The notes below the pieces were generated by a model. That model ran no database searches and had not been told where the DNA came from. It saw only the letters and a list, made by a program, of their open reading frames with translations. A DNA stretch of 63,862 nt, counting the filler, from Octopus bimaculoides (Eukaryota), in the NCBI RefSeq assembly GCF_001194135.2. It is 5 parts of 5 records of this genome, joined end to end, with 100 filler letters (N's around TTAATTAATTAA, not from the genome) between each part and the next. Parts side by side here need not be neighbours in the genome. Positions count along the whole stretch, not along the records: positions 46,177 to 62,430 come from NC_069008.1; positions 62,531 to 63,862 come from NW_026436037.1; 3 more parts are not named here. The stretch is one strand, 5' to 3'. The position numbers and the translations under genes were made by a program. Positions 53,397-63,862 of this stretch are shown here, in pieces. The first letter of the stretch is position 1. The number at the start of each line of letters is the position of its first letter.

Positions 53397-53759
53397 AATA
53401 TATTTATAAGAAATAAATGATGGATTTTTCCCTTAAATATTTTTATAAATTCATGTTCTGAGAAATTTCCTATAATTTCGATTTCTCAAGTTTATTGAAT
53501 TTTTAACTCCAATTTCTTGCAAATTTAAATATTCGTTGCATCCACCGTGTGCAATTCTTCCCAAATTTAAATATTCATTGCATTCACTGCGAAGTATTCC
53601 ATTTTCATTTGCAAAGTCTCATTTTCTCTTTTAATGTTTTCATTTCAAGTTTTAATTCACTATTTGGAAAACCAACAGTTCATTCTATTAATGTATACAT
53701 AATGTAAAAACATTATTTATCGAATATAAATTTTTTTTAAATACCTGTATAATTTTTGT

Positions 53760-54433
53760 AGATGTGGACTTGGACAGGGTCCTCCGATCCCTTATCTGGA
53801 TGCAGAAACTAGGGATTGACGAATGGTTAATAAGGGCTGTACAGGCCCAGTACAAGGATGCCGTTAGTAAGGTTAGGGTTGGCAATGAATATAGTGAAGA
53901 ATTCCCGGTAGAAGTACAGGTCCACCAAGGATCAGCCCTCAGCCCCTTCTTATTCATCATAGTCTTCCAGGCAATAACAGAGGAATTCAAGACCTGGCTC
54001 TCATAGCAGAATCACTACCAGAACTAGAGAAGAAATTTCAGGTGTGGAAGCCAGGGTTAGAATCGAAGGGCCTTAGAGTCAATGTTGCAAAAACCAAAGT
54101 TCTAGTAAGTAGGAAGGCAAACACATCACAAACCCCTTCAGGCCCTGCTCAATCTGTAGAAAAGGTGTAGGTAGAAACGCCATAAGATGTACCCAGTAAG
54201 CTATGGACGCATAAGAGGTGCAGCAACATCAAAGGAAGGTTAACCAGGAAGATAGCTTTCGTGTGCGGCAGATGCACAGGGGCAATAAACACTACAGATG
54301 CTCATAAAACAGATTCCATCACATGTCAGGGGGGAGAAACTAGTAGTAGTTGACAGCTTCCGCTACCTAGGGGACCAAATCTGTAGTGGGGGTGGATGCT
54401 CAGAGTGCGTTACCACTAGAATAAGAATAGCCT
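53760..54433 (+). mobile_element. RTE-clade LINE reverse transcriptase fragment
   Basis: VHQGSALSPFLFIIV.. then DLALIAES..KTKVL and VVDSFRYLGDQI; the YADD region is deleted; stops and frameshifts. Confidence 0.9.
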
Positions 54434-55246
54434 GGGCAATGTTCAGAAAGCTCCTACCTCAATCACGTGTTCTTGTGAATTCTGTGCTGGAGATGGCAGA
54501 GTTTTATCTCCCTGCTAGCAATATAAACAAGAGTGAATTTTGCACCAAAAACACCAATATAAGCGTTTCTCTTGTGGTATCTACTGCAGTAGAGATAAAT
54601 ATTACTTCTCAATTATAAAATTCATTAGAAGTCTTTGCAAAAAGGGAAGTTTAGCTTTACATTTCAATGCCAAATTTTAATTATTTACCAAAGATAGACA
54701 CAAAAAAAAAAATAAGAATACAGAATTTCTGTATTCAAATGTTTCCTTTTCAATGCATATCTTTTCAATAACATACAGTAATATATCGATTTTCATAATG
54801 TCGGAATCGGCCCACAAACTGTACTTTAACTGCTCTCAGGATCCAGAAACAAATCTGCCTGTTTAAAATGGCTTGTTTCGAGTTCTTGATTTTATTGAAA
54901 TCATTTTTGTTTCAAGCCTATTTTGAACTTGAGATAAAAGAGGAGACATGAATGTCTCTCCCCCTCTCCCCCATATATATATATATATATAGTTTTAGGG
55001 AAAAGAACCAAGGTTCATGAACTCATCGATGAAAATCCACTGTCACATATAGAAAAATTGATAATTAAAAGCACAATAAATAAGTATAATATAATACAAA
55101 GTAAATATCATAAGATCAAGATAATAAAATGACTATATGTGTTTATATATATTTTATATATATTTTATACTGTGAAACTTATTTTAATTTTTAATAAATT
55201 GATTTTAATTGAGTTTTTACCTGTAATTTTGGATTTTTATCCCTGA

Positions 55247-55322
<76 letters not shown>

Positions 55323-57227
55323 AATGTATGTACACATATAGTCTTTATTTTTTTTCACTTGTCAGTCATTAGGCTGTAGTCATTCTGGGACACTGCCTTG
55401 AATTTTTAGTCAAAGCGACCCCAGGACTTGTCTTTTTAAGGCCTGTTACTTATTCTGTCAGTCTCTTTTGTCAAACCACTAAGTTACGAGGACATACACA
55501 CACCAACACCAGTTAAGTGGTGATGGACTAACACAAACAAAAACACACACACACACACATATACACACACGTGCATGCATTTATAAAATCCTGCTCTGTT
55601 TCCTCACCACTGCTCTCATACTTGAACCCTTCAATCCCCTAACATGAAGTGGACCCCACCTTTCCTTGGGTTGATGGTGTTGCAAGCTTTATAGCAATCT
55701 CAGTTGTGATGAGGTTCACTTGCTAACCAGGTTTCTTTTAATGATGTGCAGAACAAGAGATCCGTTGCTTGGAAAACAGGTAAGCGTTTGTGACAGGAAG
55801 AGTATGAGACTGTCAAACATCTCAACATGCAAGATCGGAATATATCTTTTTGTTTCCTTCTCTCTCTTTTTCTTGTGTTATATATGTCAAACTTACCTTA
55901 TGCATACATACACCAATATATATTCAGTAAAATTATAATACAAAAACATCTGTTATTTGAAAATATATTTTTATATTTTTATGTTCAAATATATATATGT
56001 ACGTATAAATAAGATTAATTTGCAAAGGTATCATTTTGTTTTATTTTTTCGTGAATTATTTTTCTCGCATATTGTTTGCTATTTGTATCGAGATTATTTC
56101 CACATTGGTGGCTGCCATGATTTCGGCGCAAAACGAATCAGTTGCAGCACAGACTTCAAAACGATAGGTAGGGAGTCTCTAATCATGGTAACACATGCTG
56201 AGGAAGCTAAGGCTAATTTTGCCAGTGCAGAAACCGGTCCACGTGAGTCGAAATACTTAAATGCATGATAGTAGATTGTCTTAACCTGATTTGCCTTCGC
56301 TTGATTTCTATAATTATCATCAGTGTATTTTGGTGATTTAATAAGAGTTTTGACTGTTATTTCAAGCAGGTAGACATACTTACTATGTCTTTTGAATAAT
56401 TTTAATTTTATATGTATAAATAGATAGAATAAAACTATTTTCCCTTAAGAAAATTAAGCTTGTTTTATTTAAACCAAATATATATTTATATATATAAGAA
56501 AGAGTCATTTATTTCTTTGTCATCTCTCTTATGGATTTCATTGGCTTACAGCAATTTCTGCTACAAGATGCAGTGGACTCATAGTTGAATGCCTGAAAAG
56601 CACTTTATAGCTTCAAGTCTATATATATAAAGCTGAGAATTGGTCTGACTGTATGTGTGCATCACTAAAACTTGAGAACTACCCAACGGTATGTGCATCT
56701 GAATTTAAAGGTTAAAAACCACAAGAACTGTCTTGAAAACCTAATATGTATATGATTGTGTGTCTGTGTTTGTCCCCACATCATTGCTTGACAACGGATG
56801 TTGGTGTGTCTACATCCCCATAACTTAGCAGTTCGGTAAAAGGGACCGATAAAATAAGCACTAGGCTTACAAAGAAAAGTCCTGGAGTTGTTTTGTTTGA
56901 CTAAGGGCGGTGCTCCAGCATGGCTGCAGTCAAATGACTGAAACAAAAATTTAAAAAAAAAGAATAAAACCACGCTGAATCATTGTGAGTTGACTGAGGA
57001 CAAAACTTAGGAATCCTCGTCATGCTCCGCCTCCTCCTCATCATCATCATCATCATCATCACCATCATCATCACTATCATCACCACTACCACCATCGTCA
57101 TCATTGTAGTCGTTGTCATCATCGACCTCATCATCAATGAGGGCAGCGTCTTCCACACCAAAAATTACAACAACAATTTTTGTCAGTTTAAATCTTTCTT
57201 TATGTATATTTTTTATCAAATGATCGT

Positions 57228-57415
57228 TTATTTCTCAAAGTTCTCGGCAAAAGCCTTGAGGGCGACAAAAAGTTCCCGGTAGCTGGGCTCTATTTCAGAT
57301 TCTGGCATGATGAAACCCAAACTGCTGGAAGGGTCAGGGCGTAGTTCAAAGGCATAAGCGTACTTGACTTTCATTTTCATTTTTGCCCAATCATAAGCCC
57401 CACCTGTGGCAGGAT
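57228..57415 (-). CDS. Carboxypeptidase terminal coding exon
   Basis: catttccaatag|AT acceptor: (Y)PATGGAYDWAKMKMKVKYAYAFELRPDPSSSLGFIMPESEIEPSYRELFVALKAFAENFEK*. Confidence 0.95.
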
Positions 57416-60400
57416 CTATTGGAAATGAAGAAAGGAGAAAAACAAATTAAGAGAGAAGAAAGAGAGTAAAAATTAATTTTTAGACATCATTAAAGGTACT
57501 GTCATACACATACACACATGCAAATGTATATATATATATATATATATTTACTCTCACACACACATACATACACATACAAAGATACATGCATATATATATA
57601 TATATATACATACATATATGGTGGTTGTCTACTCCTTACACAGAGTTTGACCACCTCCTGCACCTACACCTTAGCCCGTTCATGGCGTCTGATGTGGCTT
57701 TTTAAACCAGACAGTGTTTTGAAAAAACACCCACACAGATTGCACCTCTGATTTGCACTACCAATACCTGCAAGTAAGTTCTGCTCATTGTGGATCCTAA
57801 CATGTCTTTTAAGACCCCCATTGGATTTGCAAACCCTCTGGCACACACCAGATTCAAACGTGTGCACAGACATATAATCAGAATAGCTGGATGAGGTTTG
57901 TTTTCCATGGGTTCGCAGTACATCGATCATCAAAGCAGTTTATCATGGACCAATAGCCGGATTACTACCTCTCACTTTGAAGAGTATGCTTTTGCAAACC
58001 AGGAACAGGAAATATCAACCGAATACCCGATGCACAAAAGGAATGGAGATGCTGAAAAAATAATAAAATGTGACAATCAATGCACATTTTGTGGAGTTCA
58101 CACTGAAGATATCACCTACATCAAAAGCAGTTGTCCACAAATGTTGTCACGATATTATTTACAAATGAGATATGATGTTGTAGCTAGGACACTCTATAAT
58201 GAAATCCGTCGGAAGGATAACCCCAAGGACAAAGGAATAAGAACCCACAATATGGTAGAAGCCATAGCCACTCATAATAAAAAGGAATACTGATAGAATG
58301 TCCCATTTCCACAGGTCCCCCTCCTAATATGTGTGCATATANNNNNNNNNNNNNNNNNNNNNNNNNNNNNNNNNNNNNNNNNNNNNNNNNNNNNNNNNNN
58401 NNNNNNNNNNNNNNNNNNNNNNNNNNNNNNNNNNNNNNNNNNNNNNNNNNNNNNNNNNNNNNNNNNNNNNNNNNNNNNNNNNNNNNNNNNNNNNNNNNNN
58501 NNNNNNNNNNNNNNNNNNNNNNNNNNNNNNNNNNNNNNNNNNNNNNNNNNNNNNNNNNNNNNNNNNNNNNNNNNNNNNNNNNNNNNNNNNNNNNNNNNNN
58601 NNNNNNNNNNNNNNNNNNNNNNNNNNNNNNNNNNNNNNNNNNNNNNNNNNNNNNNNNNNNNNNNNNNNNNNNNNNNNNNNNNNNNNNNNNNNNNNNNNNN
58701 NNNNNNNNNNNNNNNNNNNNNNNNNNNNNNNNNNNNNNNNNNNNNNNNNNNNNNNNNNNNNNNNNNNNNNNNNNNNNNNNNNNNNNNNNNNNNNNNNNNN
58801 NNNNNNNNNNNNNNNNNNNNNNNNNNNNNNNNNNNNNNNNNNNNNNNNNNNNNNNNNNNNNNNNNNNNNNNNNNNNNNNNNNNNNNNNNNNNNNNNNNNN
58901 NNNNNNNNNNNNNNNNNNNNNNNNNNNNNNNNNNNNNNNNNNNNNNNNNNNNNNNNNNNNNNNNNNNNNNNNNNNNNNNNNNNNCAACCCATGTTATCAT
59001 GGAAGGCAGATGTTAAACGATGACGATGATATATATATATATTATTTAAAAGAGTTCCAACTCTGTCTGTTTTTTGTTTTATTTGTATTCTTATAAAATT
59101 AATGTGAGATATAGAATATGGAATATATAATATAAATAGTAAAATGAAATGAAGTATTGAATGTCTTATTGAATATATGAAATATTGAGTATTAAATATA
59201 GAGTATAAAATATATAAGGACTAGTATACTTTCCTGCCTCATGGCATTCATCAAGGTCTCGTCTGACACACACACACACACAAACTCACACAAACAAACA
59301 CATTTATTTAAAACAAAAAATAAACAAAGCTTCTTCTCAAGCCAGACGCTTATAAGGCTGGTCTTCTGGATTTTGTAGAATACGTGTTTTCCCATCTGGA
59401 CTGGATGCTGGTCTATTACTGGATTACGCATTTATTCTGGGTACGTTGACTGGAACATGAAGTGAAGTGTCTTGCTCAAGAACACAATGTATTTTCCAAT
59501 GCCATGTAAAATGCATTTGTGTTGCTGCTGCATAAATGCACCTATACCCGTGGCATGTAAGAACCACCCAGCACACTCCGTAAAATATTTGGTGTGTTTG
59601 GAAGGGCATCCAGCTGTACAAACCATTCCAAAATAAACAATTGGAGTTTGGCCTGCTGAATCTCTCCGATAAGCACATTAAGGATATGTATGTCTGTGGA
59701 GTACTTAACCACTTGTACGTTAATTTCACAAGCAGGCTGATCTGTCGATTGGATCAACTGGAACCCTTGCCATCGTAACTGACCGACAGCCAGTAAGACA
59801 ACGAAATGGTGTAAACACGCCATGTATCCATTCAACCCTTGTGGGTTGATGTATCCATGCATTTCAAATCAGTTATCTTTTCATCAGTATCAATGTGTGA
59901 ATGTGAGTGTGTGTGTGTGTTTGCTGTACTTACATAGGATATCTGGTGGTGTGCCGACAGTAAAATTTTTTCCAGTTTCACGGTAAATAGCATTTTTAGC
60001 TTGTTTGGCTATGTAGGTCTAAAAATAAAAATTAAACAATAAGAACCAAAATCAATCAAAAATTATATTTCAAAACACGTTTTACTTTTTGAATCCCTTC
60101 TATTTCTTATTCAGTTAAAGCTGAAGTTTTCAGTCATTATGTTTCAAAATTATACAAAACTATAGTTTTGCGAACATGGAACTTACACACGGGAACTATT
60201 GTATATATTCGATGAAGTCATGTACCTTAACTTAGTGAAGTGCATTACAGAAATTTTGAGACTTTTTTTTAGAAGAGACATTAATTTCAAAGATAAATTT
60301 TAGCAACAAAGGCAGTATTAATACCAAGAGATAATATCTATGTCCACTTAAACATGATTGTTCTGTTAGAACAAACTATACTGGTTACGATCAACGGAAC

Positions 60401-60974
60401 AGCCTGCTCGTGAAATTAACATGCAAGTGGCTGAGCACTCCACAGACACATGTACCCTTAATGTAGTTCTCAGGGTGATTCAGGTACTACTCATTTTTGC
60501 CAGCTGAGTGAACTGGAGCACAATGCACTGCTAGGAATTGAACTCATGGCCTTATGATTATGAACCGGTTACCCTAACCACTTAGCCATGTGCCTTCACC
60601 CATCAAAAGTAATGCTTATTTATTCACATTATTTTCAATTAATCATGCATTGTTTTGTAGCTTTGAGATTTCGATGAGGTAAGTGTTAAATTTTAGAATG
60701 ACATTGTAGGGTTGGTGTGAGAGGCCAGATCTGGTCAGATTAAATGCTGAAGTGTTAAAAATTCATGTGGTACTTACCAAATGATTGCTGTCCGCTGGCT
60801 TCTTTCTTTGGCATCCATAAGGGGTGAGTATAAGTTGGGAGTAAGCATGCACAGAAAAAAATGCTATCTTATCTCGGGTGGACCTAACCAATTTGGAAAG
60901 ATGTCTGGATTCAGGTTCTGAGAAAACATTGGCACCCCGGAATGTGGGATGACATGGATCTGCGCTGGCTCCCT
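57228..60974 (-). CDS. M14A zinc carboxypeptidase (CPA/CPB-like), last three coding exons
   Basis: Exons 60974-60778, 60018-59934 and 57415-57228 splice in phase. Motifs: GAS.DPC..TF.G...FSEPE, HAYSQ (Zn ligand H196), YPATGGAYDW (Y248), FELR (catalytic E270), stop TAA at 57230-57228. Upstream exons were not found in the window. Confidence 0.95.
57635..57880 (-). mobile_element. LINE (RTE-like) C-terminus with two C2H2 fingers
   Basis: CQRVCKSNGGLKRHVRIH..CNLCGCFFKTLSGLKSHIRRH then stop and a short tail into (TA)n; no TGEKP linker. Confidence 0.6.
57895..58300 (+). mobile_element. RLE-type (R4/Dong-like) non-LTR fragment, CCHC region
   Basis: IDHQSSLSW..YAFANQEQEIST..CTFCGVHTEDITYIKSSC..RYDVVARTLY. 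Confidence 0.8.
59934..60018 (-). CDS. Carboxypeptidase exon
   Basis: ttttatttttag|ACC acceptor, CTAT|gtaagt donor, 85 nt: TYIAKQAKNAIYRETGKNFTVGTPPDIL. Confidence 0.93.
60778..60974 (-). CDS. Carboxypeptidase exon (HAYSQ)
   Basis: ttcttcag|AG acceptor, TTG|gtaagt donor, 197 nt. Confidence 0.95.
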
Positions 60975-61204
60975 CTGAAGAATATGCAGAGAGAGAGAGA
61001 GAGAGCGAGAAATGAGCGAGCGAATAAGATGTAGAGGGAGAGAGAGAGAGAAAGAGAGAGATTGACTGAGGGAAACAGACAAACAAAAATAACAACAAAA
61101 AGTGAATATACTCCTTGCCCCATGCACTCACACACACGCACACGCGCGCGCATATAGAATGCAACATGTTTTAGGTCAAAGGAACTACTTAATCAGAGTT
61201 GATG

Positions 61205-61535
61205 TGGGGGAGGGGGGTCAACTCTGAGGAAAGGTATGACTACCACAAAGAGGTTGCAGAATACTACATGTCTCTGTCATACAAAACTGTGTGAAGCTTT
61301 GAAGCAGAAACGCTGTGGTGTCCTGGTTTTCACAGGACAACGCACCAGCTGACACAGCATAGGAAACTACGGAAAATACGCAAATTTGCCTTCGCAATTG
61401 GTCGACCACCCACCTTTCTCTCCTGACTTGGCCTCCTCCGACTGTCACCTCTTTCCACAACTAAACAAAGAATTCAAGCGAATGAGATTTCAATCTGATT
61501 CAGAAGTGATTGCTGCTGGAGATGCTTGATTTCTT
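61205..61535 (+). mobile_element. Mariner transposase remnant
   Basis: LCEALKQKR..QDNAPADTA*..HPPFSPDLASSDCHLFPQL..RFQSDSEVIAA (cf. HPPYSPDLAPSD). Confidence 0.9.
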
Positions 61536-61696
61536 AACCGCTAACTCATACAGAAATACATACATATACATACATATGTGTATATATATATGTGTGTATA
61601 TATATGGGAGAATATACAAAAAATAACAACAGACGAGGACAGGTGGTGTAAATAACAAAAGTATATATTAGTATGACGCTCGGGAATACGGAAAGT

Positions 61697-61731
61697 CTTT
61701 GACGTTTCGAGCTACGCTCTTCAACAGAAAG
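61697..61731 (-). ncRNA. Minimal hammerhead-like motif, CUGUUGA core variant (PLE-like repeat about 61610-61760)
   Basis: CUUU-CUGUUGA-A-GAGC(GUA)GCUC-GAAA-CGUC-AAAG; stems I and II pair perfectly. Confidence 0.6.
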
Positions 61732-61810
61732 AATACGGAGACAAGGAGAAAAACACGGAGAAAAAAAATTGAATAGTGTTCAGTCAACGGTCAATCATAA
61801 TATGTGTATA

Positions 61811-61851
<41 letters not shown>

Positions 61852-62005
61852 GTATTGTATATATNNNNNNNNNNNNNNNNNNNNNNNNNNNNNNNNNNNN
61901 NNNNNNNNNNNNNNNNNNNNNNNNNNNNNNNNNNNNNNNNNNNNNNNNNNNNNNNNNNNNNNNNNNNNNNNNNNNNNNNNNNNNNNNNNNNNNNNNNNNN
62001 NNNNN

Positions 62006-62037
<32 letters not shown>

Positions 62038-62249
62038 GTGTGTGTGTATATATATATTGTATATACATATATGTTGTTACTGTGCTATGAGATTACTTCT
62101 ATTAGTAAGAACTGTATTTTCATCGTTATCTCTGCTACTATTTTCGAAGACCCGTCTTTTGACAGCTTCGAACTCTATTTCTGTGAACCAGCGATTAATT
62201 TTATTGCTCTAGCTTGATCACATAGTCTCTATTATTATTATTATTATTA

Positions 62250-62283
<34 letters not shown>

Positions 62284-62579
62284 CATTATTATCATTATTA
62301 TTATTATTATTATTATTATCATTATTATTATTATCATTATTATTATCATTATTATTATTATCATTATTATTATCATTATTATTATTATTATTATTATCAT
62401 TATTATTATCATTATTATTATCATTATTATNNNNNNNNNNNNNNNNNNNNNNNNNNNNNNNNNNNNNNNNNNNNTTAATTAATTAANNNNNNNNNNNNNN
62501 NNNNNNNNNNNNNNNNNNNNNNNNNNNNNNCTTGTACAAATGCAAAGCAAAAGTCAAACATAAAATAATAATAATAATA

Positions 62580-62880
62580 TAAGATAAAACGGGATAACGA
62601 TGGGTTACAAACAGTGGGCCACCTAATCTCTGGATGTAAGGCATTAGCACCTGTAGAGTACAAAAGTTTGCCTCAGCTGGTACGTTAGACGTAGTGAGAA
62701 GAAGATTGTCGCAGTGAATTTCCTTTTCCTTTTTCTCATTTATTTGTTAACTTTCGTATTTAAATTTAAAAATAAATTCTTTGTAAATTCTCCTAACGAC
62801 TTTGTAACTTTTCTTTGTAACTTCTCCTAAAGACTTTGTAAGTGAACAATCTGGTGTGCTTATTTTTTTAGCCAACCAAT
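62580..62880 (+). mobile_element. Internally deleted RLE-type remnant, third family
   Basis: QTVGHLISGCKALAPVEY joined at caaaag to QKFASAGTLDVVRRRLSQ*. Confidence 0.6.
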
Positions 62881-62999
62881 ATATACAGTATATTTCTTTG
62901 CCCTAGGTGTCAGGAAGACACTCGTCAAGAAATGGAAACAGAATTGAAAGATGCTAATGAAAATAATAATAATAATAGTAATATTAATAATAATATAAT

Positions 63000-63224
63000 A
63001 AAAAAATTCAGACAAATACATAACAAAAACACCAGGACTTACAACTATATACAACATACAGAAAATTGCACTACTGGGCACTGCACACTTCCTACGCAAA
63101 ACATTTTCAATGCAGTAACCACAAGAGAAAACCACAGCAAACCACAGCACATGCCCAAGGTACACAGAGCTGCGCTCGGCGGTGCAGTGAAAGCACTCTA
63201 TAAAAATAAAACTACTGAATAATG

Positions 63225-63225
<1 letters not shown>
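63000..63225 (+). mobile_element. RLE-type non-LTR extreme 3' end, second family
   Basis: KYITKTPGLTTIYNIQKIALLGTAHFLRKTFSMQ* plus 3' UTR ending in (AAT)n. Confidence 0.75.
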
Positions 63226-63318
<93 letters not shown>

Positions 63319-63344
63319 TGATAATAATAATAATAATAATAATA

Positions 63345-63862
63345 AACCGCTGACAAATGGTATAAACACCACCCTGAAGCTGTGACTGAGGGAGAAAATG
63401 TGTCGATTCTTTGGGACCTCTCCGTACATACCGTCAAAACTATAAAAGCTAATAAACCGGATATTATTATAAAAGATCAGACAAACAAGATGTGTTTATT
63501 AATTGACATGAGTATTCCTTGCGATCACAATATAGCAACGAAAGAATTTGACAAGATCAGTAAATATAAAGACTTGCTAATAGAAATTGAAAAAAAAATG
63601 TGATATCTCAAGGCGACTACCATACCAGTGATTGCAGGATCTCTAGGAATGATAAAAAAAGGTACTGAAACCTATTTGAAAATGATACCAGGCTTACCAT
63701 CCCTCCAGGAAGTGCAAGAGATCGTGTTAACTGGAACGACTCATGTACTGAGAAGAGCATTATCGCTATGAAAACAACATCCATTCGTGAATTTATTTAT
63801 TTATTAATTTTTAAAAAAATACATATTTTACCTGTGAATTTGCGTGTGTAAACTGGGAATGC
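63345..63862 (+). mobile_element. RLE-type non-LTR 3' end (PD..D endonuclease)
   Basis: ILWDLSVHT..KANKPDIII..CLLIDMSIP..KISKYKDL..TIPVIAGSLG..VQEIVLTGTTHVLRRALSL*; starts at (AAT)n. Confidence 0.92.

Noticed and set aside
57664-57933. Two C2H2 fingers as a member of the cephalopod ZNF expansion
   Set aside because: No TGEKP linkers, no splice sites, LINE-type CxxC..SxxGL.xH pattern ending at a stop next to other TE debris inside a carboxypeptidase intron
57635-58300. Single twin-primed element combining zinc fingers and an RLE region
   Set aside because: The finger ORF ends in a stop plus tail like an RTE C-terminus; two independent back-to-back fragments are simpler

Overview
Repeat-rich, gapped metazoan genomic DNA. 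The SINE families, microsatellite load and AT content suggest an octopus-type cephalopod (inference). Four 100-bp N-TTAATTAATTAA-N scaffold joins split the window into five blocks whose true spacing is unknown. Two spliced genes were reconstructed by hand, and they converge tail-to-tail. (1) A + strand, divergent ceramide-kinase-like (DAGK/SphK/CERK fold) gene with five phase-consistent exons at 46661-51473; its 5' exons and terminal exon are unresolved. (2) The last three exons of a - strand M14A metallocarboxypeptidase (60974-57228). The rest is TE debris (RTE LINEs, R4/Dong-like RLE retrotransposons stacked in (AAT)n, Penelope-like pieces with minimal hammerhead ribozymes, mariner, Helitron-like elements, several tRNA-derived SINE families) and SSRs. 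Most notable observations: a polypyrimidine-less splice acceptor preceded by about 25 CTAAY branch-point/STAR-type motifs; loss of CERK signature motifs with a roughly 175-aa acidic insert; a hammerhead family with a non-canonical A6U core; multi-family RLE stacking in TAA repeats; and a 146-bp near-perfect palindrome. All motif assignments and coordinates were made by eye; no searches were run.
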